In this document: positions 39,183 through 48,248 of the stretch, piece after piece | How the letters are laid out: every line of letters starts with the position of its first letter | Position numbering within the stretch: position 1 is the first letter of the stretch | Assembly: GCA_016712475.1 (NCBI GenBank) | Contig: JADJRA010000001.1 | Coordinates: 1,541,414 to 1,605,413 of the forward strand | Source of the DNA: Deltaproteobacteria bacterium | GTDB lineage: Bacteria > Myxococcota_A > Polyangia > Nannocystales > Nannocystaceae | Length of the DNA: 64,000 nt | Reading direction: 5' to 3' | Made by a program: the position numbers and the translations under genes | Notes under the pieces: model-generated | What the model saw: the letters and a program-made list of their open reading frames with translations, nothing else | Databases searched by the model: none | Told to the model about the DNA's origin: nothing

Positions 39183-40486
39183 CTAAGCCTTGCGCTTGCG
39201 GAAGATCGCACCCACCGCGGCGACGATGCCAGCGCCCAGCAGCAGCAGCAGCTTCTTGCCCGCGAGCAAGACCTTGAAGAGGCCCGCGAGCAAGCCGGTC
39301 TTGAGCAGCACCTTGCCGGCGATGAGCCCACCGATGCCGTACGCCGCGACCTGGTCGATGTCGGGATCGAAGTCGTCGTAGCGCGCGCCCTGCTCGAAGG
39401 TGACCTTGGCCAGCAGCGTCTCCATCGCGGGATCGATCTGCTCGAGCTGGTCCATGGTGCCGACCGCGTTCAGCGACAGCACGCCGGTGCGACCGAGCAC
39501 GCGCACGTCGTAGTTGAGCGTCGCGGGTGCGTCGGGCGTGTGCAGCTCGCGGGCCCAGTACAGCCGGTGGTGCTCGGCGTCGTAGTGCGGCGTCTTGGCC
39601 CAGCCGGCGAGGGTCAGGGACGGCAGGCCGGCGGCCTCACGCGCGCGGTTGTCGGCGGCGTCCTGCGTGCGCATCTGTGCCAGGAGCTCGTCGTAGTCGA
39701 TGTCCTCGGCGTCGTCGTCGTCGACGTGGCCGTCGGCGACGTAGGTCACGACCACGCCGAAGCCGTCGCGCGCCGACACACCCATGCCCGCGGGCACGAT
39801 CATCCCGAGCGGCTTGGCGTCCGACGGCGGGTTCGACCACGCCTCGGTCAGCACGCGCTCGGCGTCGTCCGGCCCGAGGAAGCGAAAGCCCTCGCCGAGC
39901 TCGAGCGTGGCGCCGGCATCGGGCAGCGCGATGCTGCCGTGCTGGTAGCTCAGCTGGGCCTCGAAGGCAGCCCCGGCGGCGGCATCGAAGGCCTCGAGCA
40001 GCTCGCGGTCCTCCGGGCTCGCGGCGGCAGGGCCCTGCTCGATGAGCGCCTGCAACCGCGGCATCGGCATGGCCTCGATGCGGGCACGCAGCGGGGCCGG
40101 GAGCTGGGTCACCAGCGCAGCGAGCTCGGGGTTGGCACCGGCCGCCTCACCGACCGTCTGCACCGCGGTCATCAGCGCCACGACGGTCTCCTGCTCGTAG
40201 GTCCGGCTGTGCTCGGGCGTCATGAACGCGGCGTCGAAGGCCTCGGTCGTCATCGCCTCGATGCGCGTGCGCACCTCGGCGTCGAGCCGCGCGAGCTGTG
40301 CGGCGAGCACCGGATCCTCCTTGGCCGCCGCCGCGATGGTGCCTGCGGCGGGCTCCGGGGCCGCCTCGACGACCTCGGCCGGTGCCTTCGAACGCTTGGG
40401 CTTGGCCTGCGCGAGCGAAACCCGCGGCGAGCACGAGGGAACAACCGACCATCCAGGTCGCGACGTTGCGCATGGTGCCGAGCATG
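39183..40486 (-). pseudogene. Membrane-anchored protein (C-terminal double TM) whose signal peptide is in a different frame from the body, i.e. an apparent 1-nt frameshift near 40415-40425.
   Basis: Frame A (ORF 40147..40752) gives the signal peptide MLGTMRNVATWMVGCSLVLAAGFARAGQAQ and then noise. Frame B (ORF 39183..41696) gives a long protein-like body that begins with AQAKPKRSKAPAEVVEAAPEP... at the same spot. Confidence 0.4.
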
Positions 40487-40631
40487 GAGGATCGCAGCGG
40501 GCCTGACAACCTGACCCCGCGCGAACGAGCGAGGAACGTGGTCGACACGCACCCGTTCGTGTTCCAACCGAAGTCACGCGCGCGTCGGCCCCGGCTCGCG
40601 GTGTGGACAGTCGCCCGCGCGGGCGCGTAGC

Positions 40632-41690
40632 GTGCGGGACGTGCGTCTTGCCTCGCTCGCACTCGCTGCCCTCGCGCTGGTCGCCTGCCACCGCGCGACG
40701 GCGTCCCCATCGACCACCACGCCGTCGAGCATGGTGGTGGCCATGCCAGCACGCGCGACGGTGGACCCGACGCCGGCGCCCACCGACGCGACGCCGCAGC
40801 CGATCCGCGTGGCGATCACCGTCGACGATCTGCCCTCGCACGGCCCGCGTCCGCCCGGCGTCACTCGGCTGCAGGTGCACGAGCGATTGCTCGCGGCGTT
40901 CGCGGCCCACCACGTGCCGCAGGTGTACGGCTTCATCAATGGCGGTCGCGAGGCCGACGGCGACGACGAGCGCGCGTCGCTGGCCGCGTGGGTCGCCGCC
41001 GGCCAGCCGCTTGGCAATCACACCTTCTCGCATCCGCGGCTGCGCGACATCGGCCTGGCCGCGTACCTGAAGGAGATCGACGCCAACGAGGCCGTGCTCG
41101 CGCCGCTCATGGGCGACGATCGCTGGCGGGTGTTCCGCTATCCCTACCTCTTCGAGGGCACCGATCGCGCCACCACCACGGCGATCCGCGAGCACCTCGC
41201 GAAGACCCGGCATCGCATCGCCGAGGTCACGATCGACTTCTACGACTGGGCGTTCAACCCGCCCTACGTGCGCTGTCTGGCCAACCACGACGACACCGCC
41301 GTGCAGGCGCTGCGCGACACGTTCCTGCGCCACGCCATCCGCGTGCTGCAGTGGAACGAGGCCGCGAGCCGAGAGATCTGGGGCCGCCCGGTGGCGCACA
41401 TCCTGTTGCTGCACGTCGGCGCGTTCGATGCCGAGATGATCGAGCCGCTGCTGCAGGCCTACGAGGACCTGGGCGTGCAGTGGATCTCCCTCGACGAGGC
41501 GCTCGAGGACCCCATCTACGCCCACCTTCCGACCGCCGACGGCGTCACCCAGGGCACGCTGGTCGATCTGGCCATCGAGGTGGAGCACGCCCCGCATCCA
41601 CCATGGTTCGAGCACCCCGATGCACTGCTGGCTGCGCTGTGCAAGGAGCCGCAGCCGCCCCAGCCGCGACCCTCGAGCCGGCGTCGATGA
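40632..41690 (+). CDS. Polysaccharide deacetylase (NodB-homology) family lipoprotein.
   Basis: Lipobox (LALVACH). NodB motif 1 (ITVDDLP) and a His motif (HTFSHP). Confidence 0.65.
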   Translation: MRDVRLASLALAALALVACHRATASPSTTTPSSMVVAMPARATVDPTPAPTDATPQPIRVAITVDDLPSHGPRPPGVTRLQVHERLLAAFAAHHVPQVYGFINGGREADGDDERASLAAWVAAGQPLGNHTFSHPRLRDIGLAAYLKEIDANEAVLAPLMGDDRWRVFRYPYLFEGTDRATTTAIREHLAKTRHRIAEVTIDFYDWAFNPPYVRCLANHDDTAVQALRDTFLRHAIRVLQWNEAASREIWGRPVAHILLLHVGAFDAEMIEPLLQAYEDLGVQWISLDEALEDPIYAHLPTADGVTQGTLVDLAIEVEHAPHPPWFEHPDALLAALCKEPQPPQPRPSSRRR

Positions 41691-42967
41691 GCCCAAGCGC
41701 CGGGCTACGGCGCGTGGTCGGGATCCCCGGCGCCATCGCGATGGGCCTGGGCTCGATCGTCGGCACCGGCATCTTCGTGAGCATCGGACTGGCCGCCGAG
41801 ATCGCCGGCGCGGCGGTGCTGCTCGCGGTGGTGCTGGCCGCGTGCATCGCCGCGGCCAACGGCCTCTCGAGCGCGCAGCTGGCCGCGGCCCACCCGGTCA
41901 GCGGTGGCACCTACGAGTACGGCCATCGCTACCTGTCGCCCGCCTGGGGCTTCACCGCGGGGTGGATGTTCCTGTGCGCCAAGTCGGCGAGCGCCGCCGC
42001 GGCTGCGCTCGCGCTCGCCGCCCACGTGCTGCAGCGACTCGGCCACGACGGCGCGCTGCCCCGCAGCGGACTCGCGCTCGGCGTCGTCGCGCTGCTGACC
42101 TTCGCGGTCGCCGGCGGCATGCGCCGCTCGAGTCGCATCAACGCGGTGATCGTCGGCACCACCGTGTTGGCCCTCGGAGCGCTGGTCGCCACCGGCACGC
42201 CGGTCGCGCTCGCGCGCGGCGTCCATCCCGGCGTGCTCGACGATCTGCGCGCCGGCTCGGCGGCGTCGCTGCTGCACGCCACCGCGCTGATGTTCGTGGC
42301 GTACACCGGCTACGGCCGCATCGCGACCCTCGGCGAAGAGATCCGAGAGCCGGCGCGCGACATCCCGCGGGCGATCCTCGCGACCCTCGGGCTGTCGGCG
42401 CTGCTGTACACCGCCGTCACCTGGGTCGCGATCGCCACGCTCGGGGCCCCGGGGCTGGCGGCACACACCCGCGACACCGCGGCCCCGCTCGAGGCGGTCG
42501 CGGCCGCGATCGCACCGGCGTGGCTACCCACGGTGGTCGCCGTCGGTGCGGTCGCGGCGATGGCCGGCGTGGTGCTGAACCTGCTGCTCGGCGTGTCGCG
42601 GGTGGTGCTGGCGATGGCGCGGCGCGGCGATCTGCCGACCGGGCTCGCCGCGGTCGAGGGTGTCCACGCATCGCCGGTGCGGGCGGTGCTCGCCACCGGG
42701 TCCGCGATCGCGGTGCTCGTCGCGGTGGGCGATCTGCACGCGGCGTGGAGCTTCAGCGCGTTCACGGTGTTGGTCTATTACGGCATCACGAACCTCGCGG
42801 CACTGCGGCTGCCAGCCCACGAGCGTCGGTTTCCGCGGGCGATTGCGGTGTTCGGCCTACTCGCATGTATCGGTGTCGCGGTGTTCATCCCGTGGCACAC
42901 CTGGCTCGTCGGCGTCGCGCTGCTCGGCCTGGGTGCGCTCGGTCGTCGACTCGCCCGTCGCACCTGA
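41687..42967 (+). CDS. APC-family amino acid permease.
   Basis: About 12 TM segments. The N-terminal motif block (LGSIVGTGIFVSIGLAAEIAG) is typical of APC transporters. The ATG overlaps the deacetylase stop (ATGA). Confidence 0.85.
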   Translation: MSPSAGLRRVVGIPGAIAMGLGSIVGTGIFVSIGLAAEIAGAAVLLAVVLAACIAAANGLSSAQLAAAHPVSGGTYEYGHRYLSPAWGFTAGWMFLCAKSASAAAAALALAAHVLQRLGHDGALPRSGLALGVVALLTFAVAGGMRRSSRINAVIVGTTVLALGALVATGTPVALARGVHPGVLDDLRAGSAASLLHATALMFVAYTGYGRIATLGEEIREPARDIPRAILATLGLSALLYTAVTWVAIATLGAPGLAAHTRDTAAPLEAVAAAIAPAWLPTVVAVGAVAAMAGVVLNLLLGVSRVVLAMARRGDLPTGLAAVEGVHASPVRAVLATGSAIAVLVAVGDLHAAWSFSAFTVLVYYGITNLAALRLPAHERRFPRAIAVFGLLACIGVAVFIPWHTWLVGVALLGLGALGRRLARRT

Positions 42968-43024
42968 CCATCCGATCATTTGACCCCGCGGGTCCGGCCG
43001 CGCGAGGCTTGGTGCAACCTGGGC

Positions 43025-46000
43025 ATGGACGCACCGCGAACACTGCGATCACTCGCGAAGGACCTCGGGCTGGAGTGGATCGACGGGCCCGCGACCGCCA
43101 CGCTCGAGGCCGACATCGCCCGCGCGAATCGAGCGTTCAACAGGAACGACCACGAGAAGATCGGCTTCGGCGCCAGGGATGTCAGCACGGCCGGTGCGCT
43201 CGTGGGCGCGCTCGCGTCGCTGGTGCGCAAGCCCAACCTCGCGCCGATGCTCGCGCGCGTGCGTGCTCGCGTCGACGAGGTCACGCCGGCCGAGGGCGAG
43301 CCCACCATCGACTTCGGCGTCGGCGAAGCCATCGCCCGGGCCGCCCGCGACGACACCGACCGCGTCTTCGATGACCTCTTCCTCGCCCGCGCGCTCCTCG
43401 AGCAACCCGGCGAGCTCGTGCACGGCGGTCTCGCGCCGTTCGGGCTCTCGGCCGAGGCGCTACGGGGCGGGCTGGACGATGCACTCGCGCTCGAGCTCGA
43501 CGGCGAACGCGATCGACCGCTCGCCGACAACCAACGCGAGCTCGACGACGCGGTGTTCCGTGCCGCCGGCCGTCGGCTCGGCGACCTCGGCGAGGCCGCG
43601 CGGTGGCTCGAGCGCGGCCACGACGGCGACGAGGCGATGTACGCCGCCGGTAGCCCGAGCGCGCGACGCATCGGCTCGCACCGCGCGCTGCGACGACACG
43701 CGCGCAGCAGCGGTGAGCTCCGCCTGGTGCCGCGGTTGCTGGCCGACTTCGCGTTCTCGGACGCGGCCCGCGAGGTGCTGGGGCTGGCCGATCGCTTGCG
43801 CGGCGATGCTCGACACGTCCACGTCGAGCACCTGATCGTCGCGCTCTACGACGCCAAGGCGAGTCCCGCCCGCGCGGCGTTCGATCGAGCCGGCGTCTCG
43901 CGCGACGCCATGCTCGCGCGGCTGCACGGCAGCGAGCTCGCCGAGCAGCGCTCGGCAACCTACGTCGCCAGCGAGCGCGTACCGCCGCTGTCGTCCCATG
44001 CCGCGCTCGCGCTGGTCCACGCCGCGCGGCACGCCGCGAACCGCGGCGATGCGACCCTCCGCGGTCGCGATCTGCTCACCGGCGTGTTCGCGGTCGAGGG
44101 CTGCCACATCGTCGAGAAGTTCACCGACGTCCGCGTCGCGCTGGCCAGCGGACCCGCGCCCGCGCGCGAGCCCGACGAGACTCGGACCCCCGCCGCGCCG
44201 CAGCATCCGATGGTCGTCGCGTCGAGCGTGGCGCGCTTCGGCGGCGACGGCCTCGACGGCCCCGACGTGCTCGGCTTCACGCTCGAGGTCGATGCGCTCG
44301 CGCGCTTGATTGCCTCGGAGGGCATCGATCCGCCGCTGTCGATCGGGCTCTTCGGTGAGTGGGGCTCGGGCAAGAGCTACTTCATGCGACGCCTGCGCGA
44401 GCGGATCGAGCAGCTCGCGGCCGCCACCCGCCGTCGCCGTGAGCGCGACGACGTGCCGCCACCGGCGTACGTGGGCCACGTGGTGCAGGTCGAGTTCAAC
44501 GCGTGGAACTACGTCGAGGTCGATCTGTGGGCGAGCCTGGTCGCGCACATCTTCGATCGGCTGCACGCCCACGTGATCGACGAGCCCGGCCTCGAGCAGC
44601 GCCAGTGGGAGAGCTTGCTGCACCGCCTCGACGACGCCGAGAACCGCCGCCACGATGCCAAGCAGGCGCTCGAGCTGGCGCAGGCGCGGCTCGACATGCG
44701 CCGCCGCGAGCAGGCGGCCCGCGAGCGCACGCTCGCCTATCAGATCGAGATCCTCCGCCGCCACGCCAAGCTCAAGCGACCGATCGCGGAGATCGAGGGC
44801 ACGCTCGGCATCGCGGCCGCGCGCGAGTTGTGGGACGCGATCGTGCTCCGCAGCAGCCGCGCGACCGCGGTCATCAAGGCCATGCCCGACTCGCTGCGGG
44901 CGGCACGATCGCTGTTCACCGGTCCGGCAGCGTGGTGGCTCATGGCTGCGATCGTGCTCGTGATCGGCGGCTTGCTGCTGGCGCGCCAGCTCGAGTGGCT
45001 GCCCGATCTCGCGGCGGTGGCCGCCGCGATGCCGCTGCTGCTGGCGTGGGTGCGCAAGGCGCTCGGCCGTAGCGACGCGCTGCTCGCCGCCATCGAGGCG
45101 TTCCAAGAGGGGCTGCTCGAGCTCGAGCGCTCGAAGCAGGAGGTCGATCGTGAGGCACTCGAGCGCCTGCGCGACGACGCGATGGCGGTCGAACAGGCCC
45201 GCGCCGAGCACGACGCCGAGCGGGCGCGCGTCGACTCGTTGCGCGACGAGATCGCGCGGCTGTACCCCGGTGAGCAGCTCGCCGATTTCCTGGCCGATCG
45301 CGCGGCCAGCAGCGACTACCGCCGCCACCTCGGCCTGCCCGCGCTGGTGCGACGCGACTTCGAGCGGCTCGGCCGACTGGTGCGGCCGCACACCCACCGC
45401 CTACCACGCGATCACGTGACCGGCCTCGCACTGGCCCAGGCGCCGCAGCACCTACTCGACATGCTGCATCGCCTCGAGCCCGACGCGACCGAACCGTTCG
45501 AGGTCGTGCGAGTCGAGCGGTCCGGCGACCGCGTGCGAGCGTTCGCACCCGACGGGCGCTGCGCGATCTTCAGTTGCTGCGAGCCGATCGAGGGCGACGA
45601 GCACCCTGCGCCCTACGAGATCGATCTGCGCTCCGTCGACGACGAGCCGCTCGGGGGCCCCCGCGACGAGCTGGGCCGTCTGGGTCGGCGCGTGCCGGAG
45701 CGCCTGGTCGACGGCCTGCGACCCGCGATGATTCCCGCGCGTCTCGCCGAGCTGCTGCGCCGCGATGCGCCGCTGCGGGGCGAGCGACTCGTGCACGACA
45801 CCACCCTCGACCGCTGGGTGCTGACCGATCACGACGGCGCCCGCCGGGTCGAGATCGGCTTCGACGGCGAGCTCGCGATCGTCGAGATCGGTTGGCCGAT
45901 GCACCCGACGATCGAGCGCATCGTGCTGTACATCGATGACCTCGATCGCTGCCCGCCCGAGCGCGTGGTCGAGGTGCTGGGCGCGGTGCACCTGCTGCTG

Positions 46001-47074
46001 GCGTTCCCGCTGTTCGTGGTGGTGGTGGCCGTCGACGAGCGCTGGCTGGTGGGCTCACTCGAGGATCAGCACGCCCAGCAGCTGCGACCCGCCGCGGCCC
46101 CGAACGCCGGCAACACGCTCGCGATGGGCGCGTTCGACGGTCTCGCGACCCCCCGCGACTACCTCGAGAAGATCTTCCAGATCCCGTACTGGGTGCCGCG
46201 CATGACCACCGCGTCGGCGCGCGACCTCATCGCCGACATGGTCGCGCAGGGCGAGCGCATCGAGCTGCCGCGCGCCGACCCGACCCGCGTGGTGTGGGTG
46301 GATCGCCCGCGACCGAGCTCGACGCCGCCGCCCGCGGACGGCCCCCTGCCCGAGGCCGAGACCGCGCCGGCCGAGGTCCCGGGCCCCGACGTGGAGGACG
46401 AGCCGAGCGGTGGCAGCGTGCCGGGACCCGACGTCGAGTCCAGCGAGGGTGACGACGGCGGCATGCCGGGCTTCATGAGCCTCGCCGGTACCGCGGTGAG
46501 CAACGCGGTCGAGGCGATCTCGGAGGCGTTCTCCGGCGCCGCCGAGCCCACCGCCGCGCCGACGACGGACGACGAGTCGGGCGCCGACGACGAGCTGCTC
46601 CGCGTGCAACCGATCTCGATCGGCGAGCGCGAGCGACTGGCGCTGCAGGCCCTGGTGCCGTTGGTGCAGAAATCGCCGCGCGCGGTGAAGCGCTTCGTCA
46701 ACGTCTATCGCGTCATCCGCAGCACGCTCGGTGATCAGGCCGACGTGTTCATGCAGCACGACGACGACGAGGTGCCGTTCGGACCCGCGACCGTGCTCAT
46801 CGCGATGATGGTCGGCGACCCCGAGGCCGGCGCCTCGTTGATCGCCGCGCTCGAGCAGGACGGTGACGACGACGGCTCGCTGCACGACAGCATGCAGCGG
46901 TGGATCGACGCCAAGCCGACGCTCGGCGAGGCCACGAGCATGGCGCTCACGCTCGCGCTGACTCGCGCCGGCTGGGCTCGGCAGCGTCGGGTCGATCTGC
47001 GGGGCGTGGTCGGTCGCGTGCGCCGCTTCTCGTTCGGCGCGCGCAACCTCGGCGTCGGCCAGCAGCGACACTGA
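43025..47074 (+). CDS. KAP-family P-loop NTPase with TM helices inserted in the NTPase domain and N-terminal Clp_N-like helical repeats; about 1350 aa.
   Basis: Walker A (GLFGEWGSGKSYF). KAP-typical FNAWNY. Two TM helices (WWLMAAIVLVIGGLLLA and AAVAAAMPLLLAWV). Walker B (IVLYIDDLDRC). N-terminal Clp_N-like repeats (HVHVEHLIVALYDAKASPARAAFDRAGVSRDAMLARL). Confidence 0.75.
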   Translation: MDAPRTLRSLAKDLGLEWIDGPATATLEADIARANRAFNRNDHEKIGFGARDVSTAGALVGALASLVRKPNLAPMLARVRARVDEVTPAEGEPTIDFGVGEAIARAARDDTDRVFDDLFLARALLEQPGELVHGGLAPFGLSAEALRGGLDDALALELDGERDRPLADNQRELDDAVFRAAGRRLGDLGEAARWLERGHDGDEAMYAAGSPSARRIGSHRALRRHARSSGELRLVPRLLADFAFSDAAREVLGLADRLRGDARHVHVEHLIVALYDAKASPARAAFDRAGVSRDAMLARLHGSELAEQRSATYVASERVPPLSSHAALALVHAARHAANRGDATLRGRDLLTGVFAVEGCHIVEKFTDVRVALASGPAPAREPDETRTPAAPQHPMVVASSVARFGGDGLDGPDVLGFTLEVDALARLIASEGIDPPLSIGLFGEWGSGKSYFMRRLRERIEQLAAATRRRRERDDVPPPAYVGHVVQVEFNAWNYVEVDLWASLVAHIFDRLHAHVIDEPGLEQRQWESLLHRLDDAENRRHDAKQALELAQARLDMRRREQAARERTLAYQIEILRRHAKLKRPIAEIEGTLGIAAARELWDAIVLRSSRATAVIKAMPDSLRAARSLFTGPAAWWLMAAIVLVIGGLLLARQLEWLPDLAAVAAAMPLLLAWVRKALGRSDALLAAIEAFQEGLLELERSKQEVDREALERLRDDAMAVEQARAEHDAERARVDSLRDEIARLYPGEQLADFLADRAASSDYRRHLGLPALVRRDFERLGRLVRPHTHRLPRDHVTGLALAQAPQHLLDMLHRLEPDATEPFEVVRVERSGDRVRAFAPDGRCAIFSCCEPIEGDEHPAPYEIDLRSVDDEPLGGPRDELGRLGRRVPERLVDGLRPAMIPARLAELLRRDAPLRGERLVHDTTLDRWVLTDHDGARRVEIGFDGELAIVEIGWPMHPTIERIVLYIDDLDRCPPERVVEVLGAVHLLLAFPLFVVVVAVDERWLVGSLEDQHAQQLRPAAAPNAGNTLAMGAFDGLATPRDYLEKIFQIPYWVPRMTTASARDLIADMVAQGERIELPRADPTRVVWVDRPRPSSTPPPADGPLPEAETAPAEVPGPDVEDEPSGGSVPGPDVESSEGDDGGMPGFMSLAGTAVSNAVEAISEAFSGAAEPTAAPTTDDESGADDELLRVQPISIGERERLALQALVPLVQKSPRAVKRFVNVYRVIRSTLGDQADVFMQHDDDEVPFGPATVLIAMMVGDPEAGASLIAALEQDGDDDGSLHDSMQRWIDAKPTLGEATSMALTLALTRAGWARQRRVDLRGVVGRVRRFSFGARNLGVGQQRH

Positions 47075-47082
47075 CGCTGGCG

Positions 47083-47605
47083 TCACGCGCCCGGATCGAG
47101 CTCGCCGGGTGGCGGATCGGTGCCCGGCGGCTTGCTCGGCCCGCCTTCGCTGGGATCGAGCTGACCGGGGGCGCCGCCGCCGGGCGATGGCACCTCGACG
47201 GTGTGCAGCTGACACCCGCCGCAGCTCTGGCCGTCGTCGGAGATGCCCGAGCACTGACCGCTGCAGGTGAGCACGCGGTCGCTGCCGCCCGCCTCGCAGG
47301 CCTGGGCCTCGCTGCACCCACTGGCGCAGCGACACTGGAAGCCGGTCACGCCGTCGTCGAGGTAGACGACGCCGTTCTTCGGATCGATTTCGTAGTCGAC
47401 GCCATCGGCGAGCACGATCTCGGTGGTGGACTTGACGGCGTAGGTCTTGGTCTGGGAGCCGACCTGCACGACGTCGTCGTCGCTGCACTCGGTGACGTCG
47501 TCGAGCTTGCCGCCGCGTAGCTCGAGACTGTCGTCGTCGTCGAGCGCCGCGCAGCCGAGGCCGCCCAAGAACATCGAGAGGAGGATCGAGGTGGTGTAGC
47601 GCATG
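47083..47605 (-). CDS. Small secreted Cys-rich lipoprotein with a Pro-rich C-terminal tail; paralog A.
   Basis: Start MRYTTSILLSMFLGGLGCAALDDDD. A Cys cluster (CRCASGCSEAQACEAGG...CSGQCSG...CGGC). Tail DPSEGGPSKPPGTDPPPGELDPGA. Confidence 0.6.
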
Positions 47606-47620
47606 GGTGCTGGCTCCGCT

Positions 47621-48130
47621 TCAGAACGTGGGGTCGACCGAGCCGGGTCCGGGGTCGCTGCCCGGCGGCTTGGGGTCGGGGGTGTTGGTGGGGTCGAGCT
47701 GGCCCGAGCCGGGATCGGCCGGATTGGGCGGTGGATCGGCGCGGTGCCAGCCGCAGCCCCAGCACGGCCGACCATCGCTGCTGATGGTGCCGTCGCAGGT
47801 GCCGGTGCAGATGGCGTCGATCGGGCCGGCGCTCACCTGGCAAACGCTGCCACCGCAGCCGCCGTCGCAGCGGCAGACGTACGTCGCCGCCTTGTCGATC
47901 GTCACGGTGGTGCCGCCCTTGTCGAGCTCGATCTCGTCGCCGAGCGACTCCAACCGCGATGGCGAGCTGATGCGCGCGTATTCGTCTTCGTAGGTCTGAT
48001 ACGCCGCGCCCGGATCGACGCACTCGAGCGCCTCCCCGCGGAACTCGTCTGCATCGCCGCGACTGCGTGCGACCGGATCGCAGCCGATCGCGAGCGCCAG
48101 CACCCCCCACGTCCATGGTCGTCGATTCAT
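47621..48130 (-). CDS. Small secreted Cys-rich lipoprotein; paralog B of 47083..47605.
   Basis: Start MNRRPWTWGVLALAIGCDP. Cys cluster (CRCDGGCGGSVCQ...CTGTCDG...CWGCG). Tail DPGSGQLDPTNTPDPKPPGSDPGPGSVDPTF. It shares architecture and several motifs with paralog A. Confidence 0.6.
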   Translation of the reverse strand: MNRRPWTWGVLALAIGCDPVARSRGDADEFRGEALECVDPGAAYQTYEDEYARISSPSRLESLGDEIELDKGGTTVTIDKAATYVCRCDGGCGGSVCQVSAGPIDAICTGTCDGTISSDGRPCWGCGWHRADPPPNPADPGSGQLDPTNTPDPKPPGSDPGPGSVDPTF

Positions 48131-48248
48131 GCGCAGCTAGACCCGGCGGCGAGGATTTCGATCGTGCAAAGTGCCCGCGACCCGCGGGGCCGAGAGAACC
48201 TTTGCCGCCAGCCGCTGTCCTCGCTTCGTGCGTCTTCGCCTGGCCACC

